64,000 bases of DNA from Paenibacillus cymbidii (GTDB lineage: Bacteria > Bacillota > Bacilli > Paenibacillales > NBRC-103111), in NCBI RefSeq assembly GCF_004764705.1, contig NZ_SHLX01000014.1, positions 90,953 through 154,952 of the forward strand, read 5' to 3'. This document shows, one piece after another, positions 1 through 10,773 of this stretch (its first letter is position 1; the number at the start of each line of letters is the position of its first letter). The translations under genes and the position numbers were made by a program. The notes beneath the pieces are model-generated. The model ran no database searches. It was not told the origin of the DNA and saw only the letters and a list, made by a program, of their open reading frames with translations.

Positions 1-174
1 GACGGCAGCGATCCCGACGGCAAAACCGTAGTCATCGAGCTGCTGGGTACGCCGATATCGCACAGTCAACCGGTGACAATCGATCTTGCGGAAGGTGCCG
101 TGGTTGACAGCGCCGGCAACAAATCGGCCGAAGCGAACGGCAATGCGGCAGGCAACTTTGTTCCGGAAATCTGA
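1..174 (+). CDS. 3' end of an upstream gene (C-terminal fragment ...GNFVPEI*); product unknown
   Basis: An open frame runs in from the window edge and stops at TGA 172-174. A strong hairpin terminator follows it. Confidence 0.4.
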   Translation, partial: DGSDPDGKTVVIELLGTPISHSQPVTIDLAEGAVVDSAGNKSAEANGNAAGNFVPEI

Positions 175-206
175 GTCGCATCCCTTCGCCAGCTAGCCAA
201 CAACTA

Positions 207-250
207 CAAAAATCCCGGGGGAGCCCATCGGCCCTCCCGGGATTCTTATG
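207..250. terminator. Bidirectional rho-independent terminator shared by two convergent genes
   Basis: AAAAATCCCGGGGGAGCCCATCGGCCCTCCCGGGATTCTTATG. A GC-rich 10-bp stem is flanked by an A-run on one side and a T-rich run on the other. It lies between the stop at 174 (+) and the gdhA stop at 264 (-). Confidence 0.6.
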
Positions 251-263
251 CATGGATAATATA

Positions 264-1703
<1,440 letters not shown>

Positions 1704-1741
1704 CTAATTTTGACATAATAATCGGTTTTAGGCAAGTCGAC

Positions 1742-2179
1742 TTATGGGGCTTCCAGCAAATGCCGCATGTTGCTGTAGTCGATGTCGTTTTTGTTCAGGA
1801 ATTCGATCAGGCTCTTGTGATCGCGCTTCGGAGTCGCCAGAATATAGCCTTCGATGCAATGGTCGCGCGTCACTTCCGACGCGCCGCTCTCCAGCGTCAC
1901 TTGCCCGATTCGGGCGGCGATGGAGTGGCGGGCGATGTCGCGGAACGGGCCCGGTACGGGAGACACCAGCTTCTCCAGAAACGCCTTGCTGTCGTCGGTC
2001 CACAGGTGGCGGGACGCGTCGACGTAATGATTTTGCCAATCGAGCTTGGACTTGCCGTCCGCCTTCGGCAGCACCTTCATAAATTTGCGGAACATGAAAT
2101 AGCCGCCCACCGACATGAAAAACAGCAGTACAATCGCCCAAAAAACGAGAAACCACATAAACATTCCGTAACCGCCCAA
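1742..2179 (-). CDS. Small membrane protein, DUF2621-like (one N-terminal TM helix followed by a soluble domain)
   Basis: 145-aa ORF with a hydrophobic N-terminus (MFMWFLVFWAIVLLFFMSVGGYFMF). A TTG start is preceded by AGAGGTG. No product could be assigned. Confidence 0.45.
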   Translation of the reverse strand: MGGYGMFMWFLVFWAIVLLFFMSVGGYFMFRKFMKVLPKADGKSKLDWQNHYVDASRHLWTDDSKAFLEKLVSPVPGPFRDIARHSIAARIGQVTLESGASEVTRDHCIEGYILATPKRDHKSLIEFLNKNDIDYSNMRHLLEAP

Positions 2180-2380
2180 GCGGGATCACCTCTGTATGCT
2201 TCATTATCCTGCGCCGATGAAATTATACCCTATTCCTAGCTTTATTTCGAGAATATTAGTAAAATAGAAGGCAGCAAAATTGGCTTGTCCGGCGCGTTCA
2301 AGCGCCGCGGCCAAACGATTCCGGCGGACGCCGAGATCACAAATCCCGGGCGTTCCCCCGTAACGAAAGGTTGATAACGA

Positions 2381-3508
2381 ATGGTCAAAATCGGTTCTCA
2401 TGTATCGTTCTCCGACAAAGGGCTGCTGAACGCGGCGGAAGAAGCGGTTTCATACGGTTCCAGTACGTTCATGATTTATACCGGCGCACCGCAAAATACG
2501 AGACGCAAGCCGATCGAGGAGCAGTTCATCGCTGAAGGCAAGGAACTCATGACGGCAAACGGCATCGGCGAAATTGTCGTGCACGCGCCGTACATTATCA
2601 ATCTTGGCTCTTATAAGGAAGACACGTTCGAACTTGCCGTCCGTTTTCTGCAGGAGGAAATTCGCCGCACCGACTACCTCGGCGTGCGCAATATCGTGCT
2701 TCATCCCGGCGCTTATACGGAGAAGGACGCCGAATACGGCATCGCCCGCATCGCCGAAGGCTTGAACGAGGTGCTGCGCGGCACAAGCGACACGAACGTC
2801 AACATCGCTCTTGAGACGATGGCAGGCAAAGGCACGGAAATCGGCCGCTCGTTCGAGGAGATCGCCGCCATCATGGCCAAGGTCGAAGACAACCGCCGGC
2901 TGACCGTCTGTATGGACACGTGCCACATTCACGATGCCGGCTACGATGTGGTGGACGATTTTGACGGCGTGCTGGACCAGTTCGACCGCATCGTCGGGAT
3001 GGACAGGCTGGCCGTGCTTCATCTCAACGACAGCAAAAACATGCGCGGCGCCGCCAAGGACCGCCATGCCCCGGTCGGCTCGGGTCTGATCGGCTTCAAG
3101 GCGATGCACTATATCGTGAACCATCCGCAGCTGCAGCATGTGCCGATGATTCTCGAAACGCCGTGGATCGGCAAGGACGACGCCAAACAACGCCCGATGT
3201 ACGAAGCGGAAATCGCGCTGCTGCGCGGGGATGCTACGACACGGTTCGGCGGCGAGTTTTTCGACCACATCGAGCGGCTCGGCTACTTCTTCGACAAGCG
3301 CAGCATTCATCATCGCGCCTTCGTGCTGGAAACGTGGGACTTGCTCAAGAACGACGCCAAAGCGAAAAAAGCGGACGGCCGCGAGCCGATGGAACGCTTG
3401 TACGACATGATCGAAGAAGAGCGCCTGTTCACCGAGCTGAGCGAAGAGCAAATCAATCACCGGTTGACCGGCTGGCTGGCCGGCAAGGAAGCGCTCGTTT
3501 CGGCATAA
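2381..3508 (+). CDS. nfo: Endonuclease IV (AP endonuclease, TIM-barrel) carrying a C-terminal extension of ~80-95 aa
   Basis: Residues 1-~295 match Nfo (…HAPYIINLG…, …HLNDSKN…, …PMILETP). The extra tail beyond LETP is charged and helical, with no recognisable domain. Confidence 0.85.
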   Translation: MVKIGSHVSFSDKGLLNAAEEAVSYGSSTFMIYTGAPQNTRRKPIEEQFIAEGKELMTANGIGEIVVHAPYIINLGSYKEDTFELAVRFLQEEIRRTDYLGVRNIVLHPGAYTEKDAEYGIARIAEGLNEVLRGTSDTNVNIALETMAGKGTEIGRSFEEIAAIMAKVEDNRRLTVCMDTCHIHDAGYDVVDDFDGVLDQFDRIVGMDRLAVLHLNDSKNMRGAAKDRHAPVGSGLIGFKAMHYIVNHPQLQHVPMILETPWIGKDDAKQRPMYEAEIALLRGDATTRFGGEFFDHIERLGYFFDKRSIHHRAFVLETWDLLKNDAKAKKADGREPMERLYDMIEEERLFTELSEEQINHRLTGWLAGKEALVSA

Positions 3509-3565
3509 GCCTAAGCCGGGGCGAGGGCGCAATCGAGTTTATTTTTGGCGGAGGAACCCAACTTT

Positions 3566-4468
3566 ATGAACCGAATGACAACCGCATCGACGCGCAAAAG
3601 CAAGGACGCAAACCGCGAACGCGCGCGCATGCTTATCTCCTGTCCGGATCAGCCGGGCATCGTGGCTGCGGTGTCGCGCTTCCTGCATGAGCACGGCGCG
3701 AACATCGTGCAGTCCGACCAGTATACGATGGACCCCGAGGGCGGGATGTTTTTTATCCGCATCGAGTTTGACTTGAACGAGCTGGAGCGCCGTCTTGACG
3801 CGCTGGAGCTCGATTTTGAAGAGGTTGTGGCGGCACGGTTCAACATGCGGTGGAGCATCGCCAGAGCCGATCGGAAGAAGAAGCTGGCGATTTTCGTTTC
3901 GAAGGAGGACCATTGCCTGCTCGAACTGCTGTGGCAATGGCAGGCCGGCGATCTCGACGCCGACATCGCGATGGTGGTCAGCAATCACAATGTCATGCGC
4001 GAGCGCGTCGAGTCGTTCGGCATCCCGTACCATTACGTGCCGGTGACCGCCGAAACGAAAGCGGAGGCGGAAGCCCGCCAGCTTGAGCTCGTGTCCGGCA
4101 AGGTGGACGCGATCGTGCTGGCGCGGTACATGCAGATCGTTTCGCCCACCTTCATCGAAAATTACGCCAACCGGATCATCAACATCCACCATTCCTTCCT
4201 GCCGGCGTTCGTCGGCGGCAAGCCGTACGCGCAAGCTTACGACCGCGGGGTCAAGATCATCGGCGCAACCGCCCACTACGTCACCGAGGAGCTCGACGGC
4301 GGGCCGATCATCGAGCAGGACGTGCAGCGCGTCAGCCACCGCGACAATGTCGAGGATCTGAAGCGGATCGGCCGCCACATCGAACGGATCGTGCTGGCCC
4401 GCGCCGTTGCCTGGCATGTGGAGGACCGGATTCTGGTGCACCACAACAAAACCGTCGTTTTCAACTGA
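3566..4468 (+). CDS. purU: Formyltetrahydrofolate deformylase
   Basis: N-terminal ACT domain (LISCPDQPGIVAAVSRFL) followed by a formyl-transferase domain (…HHSFLPAF…GATAHYV…). The start is ATG 3566, after GGAGGAACCCAACTTT. Confidence 0.9.
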   Translation: MNRMTTASTRKSKDANRERARMLISCPDQPGIVAAVSRFLHEHGANIVQSDQYTMDPEGGMFFIRIEFDLNELERRLDALELDFEEVVAARFNMRWSIARADRKKKLAIFVSKEDHCLLELLWQWQAGDLDADIAMVVSNHNVMRERVESFGIPYHYVPVTAETKAEAEARQLELVSGKVDAIVLARYMQIVSPTFIENYANRIINIHHSFLPAFVGGKPYAQAYDRGVKIIGATAHYVTEELDGGPIIEQDVQRVSHRDNVEDLKRIGRHIERIVLARAVAWHVEDRILVHHNKTVVFN

Positions 4469-4602
4469 ATCGATCGCGCGCGCCGCGGCGGTTGCCTGTG
4501 CAGCCGTCCGGCGTCATGCGCGTTCACGAAACGGTCACGAACCGTTTGCCGCGCAAGTACGTTTGTTATCGTTAAGAAACGAAAGGGGGAAATGGCTTTA
4601 TT

Positions 4603-5319
4603 ATGGATGGCAAGAATCCAGCCGTTAAGGTGAATCGCAAAGTGAACCGCCGCGAGGAGGCGCTTAAGCAGCGCAATCGCAAAATCGCCGTCATTTCCAC
4701 GATTGCCGTCGTGATCGTGGCATTCGTTATTTTCGCCATCGTGAAAGCGGCAACCGCCAAGAACAAGCCCGCCGAGTTCGATTACGCGGCGCAGCCCGCG
4801 ATCGGCAGCGCTACCGCCCCGGTCAAAATCGTCGAGTTCGGCGATTTCAAATGCCCGGCCTGCCAGGCGTTCGAACAACAAATTTATCCGCAGCTAAAAA
4901 AGGACTACATCGATACCGGCAAGGTGCAGTTTCATTTCATGAATTTGCCGTTCATTGATGTCGACTCGGTGACGGCCGCCCTGGCCGGCGAAGCCGTGTT
5001 CCATCAGAACAAAGACGCGTTCTGGCCGTTCTACGAGGCGGTGTACAAAAACCAGGGCGACGAAAAGGTGCGGTGGGCCACCACGGACTTCCTCGTCAAT
5101 TTGGCCAAACAGGCGAACTTGCCGATCGACTTCGACAAGCTGCGCAGCGACATTGACGGCAAGACGTACCAGCCGGATGTCGTAAGCGACAACGACAAGG
5201 GCGGCAAGCTGAAGGTGACGAGCACGCCAACGCTGTTCATCAACGGCAAGATGTACGATTCGCCGTTCGATTACAACAAGCTGAAGGCCGCGATCGACAA
5301 AGCGGCTGCCGGCCAATAA
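4603..5319 (+). CDS. bdbD: Thiol-disulfide oxidoreductase of the DsbA/BdbD family (membrane-anchored thioredoxin fold)
   Basis: One TM helix, then a thioredoxin fold carrying the CPAC active-site motif (FGDFKCPACQAF). It sits directly upstream of a DsbB-like gene. Confidence 0.8.
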   Translation: MDGKNPAVKVNRKVNRREEALKQRNRKIAVISTIAVVIVAFVIFAIVKAATAKNKPAEFDYAAQPAIGSATAPVKIVEFGDFKCPACQAFEQQIYPQLKKDYIDTGKVQFHFMNLPFIDVDSVTAALAGEAVFHQNKDAFWPFYEAVYKNQGDEKVRWATTDFLVNLAKQANLPIDFDKLRSDIDGKTYQPDVVSDNDKGGKLKVTSTPTLFINGKMYDSPFDYNKLKAAIDKAAAGQ

Positions 5320-5322
5320 CCG

Positions 5323-5811
5323 ATGAGCGGCGGCGCCCGGTTTCGTCGGCTGCTCGGTTCCTCGTATTTGTATGCGGCCTGGGTAGTGGCGCTCGTCGCT
5401 ACCGGCGGCAGCTTGTATTTCAGCGAAGTGATGCACTACATTCCCTGCAATCTGTGCTGGTTCCAGCGCATCTTCATGTACCCGCTCGCCATCGTGCTCA
5501 GCATTGCCGCTTATCGCGGCGACCGCCGCATCGTGCCGTACACCCTGCCGCTTGCCGTGATCGGCGGCTTCATTTCGCTCTGGCACGTGCTCGAGCAGAA
5601 GCTGCCCGGCTTCGCCGACATTGCGCCGTGCCGGATCGGCGTGCCGTGCAATGTCGACTATATCGACTGGCTCGGCTTCATTACGATCCCGATTCTTGCG
5701 CTGACGGCGTTTGCGCTGATCGTGCTGCTGTTCGTTTTTGGCCCGCTGGCGGCGCGCGGCACGGTAGACGCGGATGCGGAAGAGGCCGGCGAACTGGCGG
5801 ATGAAGCCTAG
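5323..5811 (+). CDS. bdbC: Disulfide bond formation protein B (BdbC/DsbB family)
   Basis: Four-TM protein with a CxxC pair (YIPCNLCWF) and a second cysteine pair (APCRIGVPC). It follows 3 bp after the bdbD stop. Confidence 0.8.
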   Translation: MSGGARFRRLLGSSYLYAAWVVALVATGGSLYFSEVMHYIPCNLCWFQRIFMYPLAIVLSIAAYRGDRRIVPYTLPLAVIGGFISLWHVLEQKLPGFADIAPCRIGVPCNVDYIDWLGFITIPILALTAFALIVLLFVFGPLAARGTVDADAEEAGELADEA

Positions 5812-5896
5812 ACGAAGCCTGGTTGAAGCTGGCATTGATCCCGGCTGCATGATATGATGGGGAAATGCGATAACATGGATTAGGAGGCTTTATTCA

Positions 5897-7918
5897 ATGA
5901 CGGTAACCAGCAAATCAGTCGAACAACTCGCGGTGAATACGATCCGTACGCTTGCGATCGATGCAATTGAGAAAGCCAAAGCCGGCCACCCCGGCATGCC
6001 GATGGGCGCTGCGCCGATGGGCTATGTGCTTTGGACGAAGCAGATGAAGCACAACCCGTCGAACCCGACGTGGTTCAACCGCGACCGGTTCGTGTTGTCC
6101 GCCGGCCACGGCTCGATGCTGCAATACAGCCTGCTGCATCTGTGCGGCTACGACTTGCCGATGGACGAGCTGAAGCAGTTCCGCCAATGGGGCAGCTTGA
6201 CGCCGGGCCATCCGGAAGTCGGCCATACGGCGGGCGTCGACGCGACGACCGGGCCGCTCGGCCAAGGGTTTGCGATGGCAGTCGGCATGGCGATGGCGGA
6301 AGCGCATCTCGGCGCTGTTTACAACAAGGAGAACTTCTCAGTCGTCGACCACTACACCTACTCGATTTGCGGCGACGGCGACCTGATGGAAGGCATTTCC
6401 GGCGAAGCCGCTTCGCTGGCCGGCCACTTGAAGCTCGGCAAGCTGATCGTGCTTTACGATTCCAACGACATTTCGCTGGACGGGGAGCTTGGACTAAGCT
6501 TCTCGGAAAATATCAAATCGCGTTTCGAAGGCTACGGCTGGCAAGTGCTGCGCGTCGACAACGAAAACGATCTGGAAGCGATCAATAGCGCCATCGCCGA
6601 AGCGCAAGCGGAAACGTCGCGTCCGACCTTGATCGAAGTGAAAACGACGATCGGCTTCGGCAGCCCGAACAAGGCGGGCAAAGGCGGCCACGTCGGACCG
6701 CACGGTTCGCCGCTCGGCACGGAAGAAGCGAAGCTGACGAAGGAAGCGCTCGGCTGGCCGGCGGAGCCGGATTTCTACGTGCCGGACGAAGTGCGCGCGC
6801 ATTTCGCCGGCGTCAAGGAGCGCGGCGAAGCGGCAGACGCCGCTTGGGAAGCGCTGCTGGCCGACTATGCAGCCGCGCATCCGGAACTGGCGAAGCAGCT
6901 GAAGCAGGCCATTGCCGGCGAACTGCCGGAAGGCTGGGACGCGAAGCTGCCGGTTTACCAGCCGTCGGATAAGGCTCTGGCAACGCGCAACGCTTCCGGC
7001 AACGCGCTGAACGGCCTTGCGCCGAACCTGCCGTCGCTGTTCGGCGGTTCCGCCGACCTGGAAGTGTCGACGATGACGCACCTGAACGGCATCGGCCAGT
7101 TCAAGCCGGGCAGCTATCAGGAGCGCAACGTATACTTCGGCGTACGCGAGTTCGCGATGGCCGCCGCGGTTAACGGAATTATGCTGCACGGCGGTTTGCA
7201 CGCTTTTGGCGCCACGTTCTTCGTGTTCTCCGACTACCTGCGTCCGGCTGTGCGGCTTGCGGCGATCATGAACGTTCCGTCGGTCTTCGTGCTGACACAC
7301 GACAGCATCGGCGTCGGCGAAGACGGCCCGACTCACGAGCCGATCGAGCAATTGCCGGCGCTGCGCGTCATCCCGGGCGTTACGGTGCTGCGTCCCGCGG
7401 ACGGCAACGAAACGAGCGAAGCCTGGCGCTACGCGATCAGCAACAAGCAAGGCCCGGTCGCGCTCGTGCTTAGCCGCCAGGCGCTGCCGAACCTCGCAGG
7501 CACGGCGGAGAAGGCGCGCGAAGGCGTAGCCCGCGGCGCTTACGTCCTGTCGGATGCGCCGAACGGCGCGCCGCAAGCGCAAATTATCGCCACCGGCTCG
7601 GAAGTGCAGCTGGCGATCGACGCGCAGAAGAAGCTGGCCGAAGAAGGCATCGCCGTGCGCGTCGTCAGCATGACGAGCTGGGAACTGTTCGAGAAGCAAT
7701 CGAAGGAATACAAGCAATCGGTCATCCTGCCGCAAGTGAAAGCACGTCTCGCCGTGGAAATGTCCCACCCGATGGGTTGGGAGCGGTATGTCGGCGAAGA
7801 AGGCGACGTGCTCGGCATCACGAAGTACGGCGCATCGGCGCCGGGTCCGGTCGTGATCCGCGAGTACGGCTTCACCGTGGAGAATGTTGTCGGCCGCGTG
7901 AAGGCGCTGCTCGGCTAA
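5897..7918 (+). CDS. tkt: Transketolase
   Basis: 673-aa translation with a TPP-binding N-terminus (…[17 protein letters not shown]…, …GDGDLMEG…) and typical transketolase central and C-terminal domains. Confidence 0.95.
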   Translation: MTVTSKSVEQLAVNTIRTLAIDAIEKAKAGHPGMPMGAAPMGYVLWTKQMKHNPSNPTWFNRDRFVLSAGHGSMLQYSLLHLCGYDLPMDELKQFRQWGSLTPGHPEVGHTAGVDATTGPLGQGFAMAVGMAMAEAHLGAVYNKENFSVVDHYTYSICGDGDLMEGISGEAASLAGHLKLGKLIVLYDSNDISLDGELGLSFSENIKSRFEGYGWQVLRVDNENDLEAINSAIAEAQAETSRPTLIEVKTTIGFGSPNKAGKGGHVGPHGSPLGTEEAKLTKEALGWPAEPDFYVPDEVRAHFAGVKERGEAADAAWEALLADYAAAHPELAKQLKQAIAGELPEGWDAKLPVYQPSDKALATRNASGNALNGLAPNLPSLFGGSADLEVSTMTHLNGIGQFKPGSYQERNVYFGVREFAMAAAVNGIMLHGGLHAFGATFFVFSDYLRPAVRLAAIMNVPSVFVLTHDSIGVGEDGPTHEPIEQLPALRVIPGVTVLRPADGNETSEAWRYAISNKQGPVALVLSRQALPNLAGTAEKAREGVARGAYVLSDAPNGAPQAQIIATGSEVQLAIDAQKKLAEEGIAVRVVSMTSWELFEKQSKEYKQSVILPQVKARLAVEMSHPMGWERYVGEEGDVLGITKYGASAPGPVVIREYGFTVENVVGRVKALLG

Positions 7919-7948
7919 TTCAATCGATCCGAAGGAGAGTTCGAGTCC

Positions 7949-8266
7949 ATGTCTCAATTTGAGCAAGTCTCCGTCGTCAAGAAAGCGAATATTTATTTTG
8001 ACGGCAAAGTAACGAGCCGCACCGTGGTGTTCCCGGACGGCACGAAGAAGACGCTGGGCATTATGCTGCCGGGCGACTACGAGTTCGGTACCGATACGGT
8101 TGAAATCATGGAAATTCTCGCCGGCGAGCTGAAGGTACTGCTGCCTGGCGAAACGGAGTGGCTCGCGATCAGCGGTACGGGCGAGTTTACGGTGCCTGCG
8201 AACGCGAAGTTCAAGCTGCAGGTAGCCGCCACAACCGACTATTGCTGCTCTTATATCGCCGAATAA
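7949..8266 (+). CDS. ppnP: UPF0345/DUF1255 protein (PpnP-like pyrimidine/purine nucleoside phosphorylase, cupin fold)
   Basis: ~100-aa protein (…[17 protein letters not shown]…PGDYEFGT…) of the size and motif pattern of the YaiE/PpnP family. Confidence 0.65.
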   Translation: MSQFEQVSVVKKANIYFDGKVTSRTVVFPDGTKKTLGIMLPGDYEFGTDTVEIMEILAGELKVLLPGETEWLAISGTGEFTVPANAKFKLQVAATTDYCCSYIAE

Positions 8267-8295
8267 GCGATTGTGGCGGTGCCCCCGCCGCAAAA

Positions 8296-8350
8296 GAAAA
8301 GGACCTTGTCTTCCGCTACCTTGGAAGACGAGGTCCTTTTTTTTCAACAT
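8296..8350 (+). terminator. Rho-independent terminator after tkt-ppnP
   Basis: AAAGGACCTTGTCTTCC…GGAAGACGAGGTCCTTTTTTTTT. A long GC-rich stem is followed by a T9 run. Confidence 0.8.
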
Positions 8351-8380
8351 GTAAGAATCCGATTGATTGCTCGGCAACGA

Positions 8381-8572
8381 AAATAGCCCATGAAAAATGG
8401 CCTATTTGCTCCTTATCGGGCGGCTCGACGGAAATAGCCAGTGAAAACACTGGTTATTTGTCCTGGATCGCCTTCAAATCGGCATTTCAATCGAAATAAC
8501 CAGTGATTTCGCTGGTTATTTTGAAGGGGGTGCCTGTTTTTGGCGAAATAGGCAAGAAAATAGGGCCTAATT
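8381..8572. repeat. Copy 1 of a ~195-bp four-hairpin intergenic repeat element (in inverted orientation relative to copies 3 and 4)
   Basis: Four palindromic units of type AAATAGCCAGTGAAAACACTGGTTATTT (9-10-bp stems, 8-10-nt loops), separated by 24-, 34- and 24-nt spacers. Stem sequences differ between units but stay complementary (GCCCAT…ATGGGC, GCCAG…CTGGC, ACCAG…CTGGT). Confidence 0.8.
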
Positions 8573-8671
8573 GGCAAGGGGTTAGTTGGCGGAGGGGGAA
8601 TGGCGCGCATGAAGCAACGTGTCTGCTCCATGAGAGGCGTTTCTGCCTCATAGGCCGGTCCAACGGGATTT

Positions 8672-9667
8672 TCATGCAAAGCGAGATGCCGGCTGGTCGC
8701 TCCAATCGAACAAGACGAATGGCTCCTTGATTTCCCGGGCCGCCAGGCTGCCGTATGCTTGCTGCGCCTGGTCCGGCAAACAACGATGCGACAGGGAACT
8801 GACGTCCGGCAGCCGCTCTCCAAGCAAGCGCAGCCCTCGGCGCATATGATCGAAAATGCCGCGGGGAGAGAAAACGTCCGCGTGCAGCGGGATCGACCAC
8901 TCCCAGCCGCTGCGCAGCACGGCGTAGCGGTGAAACACCAGCGACAGCAGTTCCTGCGCGGTTGCATCGGTATATCGCTTCCAAGGGACTCCGCACAGGA
9001 CGACCTCCCCATGGCGACGAACGATGCGGCAACCGTCCAGCGCAGCCGCTTCATGGCCGGAGCATTCCAGGACGAGCGCCGTTTGCCCGTCCCATGCCGG
9101 GTCGCCTGCGGGGAACGCCGGCCAAACCCGTTCCGCTCCCATCGCCGCGGCAAATCCCCTGCGTCGTTCATCCGGTTCGCATACCCCGACTTCGTATCCG
9201 CATTGCCGGAACAGCCAGGAAGCGAGCAACCCAACAGGCCCCGCACCGCTGATAATGACCCGCTCGGTCGGTTTGGCCGCAGTCGTTGCCAAGGCGGTCA
9301 GTCCGATATTCATCAACCTGACGAGTACCGCTTGCTCGGGCGCGATTCCCTCCGGAACGGGGATGACGTCCTTCGCGGGGACATGCTGGAAGCTCTGGTG
9401 ACGCCCCATGCAGAACAGAAGATCGCCCGGCTTGATGCCGGATACGTCTTCTCCGATTTGCTCGACCGCGAACACCGCCGCGTACCCCGGGAAATACTCC
9501 TTCTCGTGGCTGTGCAAATAGCCATGGTTCAACTCCGTTCCCGGGCTGATCAGCGTGCAAATCGTCCGGCCGAGCACATGCCCGGAAGCTGCTGCGGATG
9601 GTGCGGGCAGCGGCAGCAGATCGGCTTTTTCTTTTCCTGTGAAACAAACGGCAAATCCCATCGCCAT
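8672..9667 (-). CDS. Zinc-dependent alcohol dehydrogenase of the MDR superfamily
   Basis: GroES-like plus Rossmann fold (…ISGAGPVGLLASWL…). The start was placed at MAMGFAV, which has an AAGGAGGA RBS. Substrate unknown. Confidence 0.7.
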   Translation of the reverse strand: MAMGFAVCFTGKEKADLLPLPAPSAAASGHVLGRTICTLISPGTELNHGYLHSHEKEYFPGYAAVFAVEQIGEDVSGIKPGDLLFCMGRHQSFQHVPAKDVIPVPEGIAPEQAVLVRLMNIGLTALATTAAKPTERVIISGAGPVGLLASWLFRQCGYEVGVCEPDERRRGFAAAMGAERVWPAFPAGDPAWDGQTALVLECSGHEAAALDGCRIVRRHGEVVLCGVPWKRYTDATAQELLSLVFHRYAVLRSGWEWSIPLHADVFSPRGIFDHMRRGLRLLGERLPDVSSLSHRCLPDQAQQAYGSLAAREIKEPFVLFDWSDQPASRFA

Positions 9668-9791
9668 GCTTTCCTCCTTATGTTCGCGTGATTGATATGC
9701 TAGGATTAGCATAACGATTTTCTCGAACAATCGTTAGGTCTTGCAATGCCGACTTTTTATCTGAAAGTATTCAAACAGGAGGGGGAGCGGA

Positions 9792-10649
9792 ATGGAGGAC
9801 AAGCTGCGTCTGCCCGACCGGGCGTTGCAGATCCAGTTGCTGGAGGTTGGCAGCGGGACGGGGCTGCACAACTGGCTGCACGAAAAAACCGTTCCGTACA
9901 CGATAATCGCCCAGGCCGTTACGGGCTCTTATGAAGTGAATTCGCCCGGCGGCAGCACGCGGGTGACGGGGGACGAGGCGTTTTTGGCCGCGGCCGATAC
10001 CCCGCTTGCGATCCGGCACCTCGCGGAGCCGGGAGCCCCGCGGATGACGTTCCGTTATCTTCATGTCCAGTTTTACTTGTATGAAGCGATCGACGTGTTT
10101 TCGTTGTTTGCGCTGCCGCCGAAAACCGATGCCGCCGTCGGCGCCTGGCTCGCCGAATGGATCGGCGAGCTGGTCCGGCTGGCGGCCGAACCGCCGGGCA
10201 TTCCGGTCCTGACCGAGCGCAAGGCGATCGCTTACCGGATCCTGTCGACGCTTCTGGCGATCAGTTCGCCGGCTCCCGGGTCCAAGCTGCTGCTGCACGG
10301 CGACAACGAGCTGCTGACGCCTATCGCCGCCTTCATCCGCGAGCGAATGGCGGGACCGCTTGCCATCGCGGATATGCTCGAGCGGTTCCCGATTTCCCGC
10401 ACGGCGTTGTTTAAGCTGTTCCATCGCTATTTTGCGCTGACGCCGATGGAGTACTGGAAGACAGTGCGGCTGCATGAAGCATATCGCCGCATCTGCGCTA
10501 CTTCCGACACGTTCTCGTCGATTGCCGAGCGGTACGGCTTTGCCAACCTGCAGCATTTCAGCAGGGAATACAAACGCCAATTCCAGCAAACGCCCGGCGA
10601 AACGCGGAAAAAGAACCGGTTGTGGCTGAGCGGCGGCGAGGAGAGTTGA
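9792..10649 (+). CDS. AraC/XylS-family transcriptional regulator
   Basis: C-terminal double helix-turn-helix (…ISRTALFKLFHRYFALTPMEYWKTVRLHEAYRRI…YGFANLQHFSREYKRQFQQTP). It is divergent from the MDR dehydrogenase. Confidence 0.8.
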   Translation: MEDKLRLPDRALQIQLLEVGSGTGLHNWLHEKTVPYTIIAQAVTGSYEVNSPGGSTRVTGDEAFLAAADTPLAIRHLAEPGAPRMTFRYLHVQFYLYEAIDVFSLFALPPKTDAAVGAWLAEWIGELVRLAAEPPGIPVLTERKAIAYRILSTLLAISSPAPGSKLLLHGDNELLTPIAAFIRERMAGPLAIADMLERFPISRTALFKLFHRYFALTPMEYWKTVRLHEAYRRICATSDTFSSIAERYGFANLQHFSREYKRQFQQTPGETRKKNRLWLSGGEES

Positions 10650-10670
10650 GCGTACGGCGTGAGTTTGGAT

Positions 10671-10770
10671 ATAGGCCATGTTTTCTTGGCTATTTCGTTA
10701 AAAATGGGAGGTCGCAACGAAATAGCCAGTGAAATCGCTGGCTATTACGCGTTAAAGTCCGATTTTGGGG
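10671..10770. repeat. Copy 2 (partial, 2 hairpins) of the four-hairpin repeat element
   Basis: ATAGGCCATGTTTTCTTGGCTATTT, then a 24-nt spacer, then AAATAGCCAGTGAAATCGCTGGCTATTA, then the conserved spacer motif CCGATTTTGGGGTGGTCAG. It lies between the 3' ends of araC and the MFS gene. Confidence 0.7.
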
Positions 10771-10773
10771 TGG

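Noticed and set aside
6494-8377. 627-aa minus-strand ORF overlapping tkt and ppnP
   Set aside because: It is entirely antisense to transketolase, which has unmistakable homology. Its composition is R/A/G-rich and there is no RBS. It is a GC-driven shadow ORF.
8381-8572. Possible mini-CRISPR array (28-bp palindromic repeats with 24-34-bp spacers)
   Set aside because: Repeats are not identical and only their structure is conserved. There are only four units. The same four-unit architecture and spacer lengths recur at three other loci, with related spacer sequences. No cas genes are present. It behaves as a dispersed structured repeat element, not an adaptive array.
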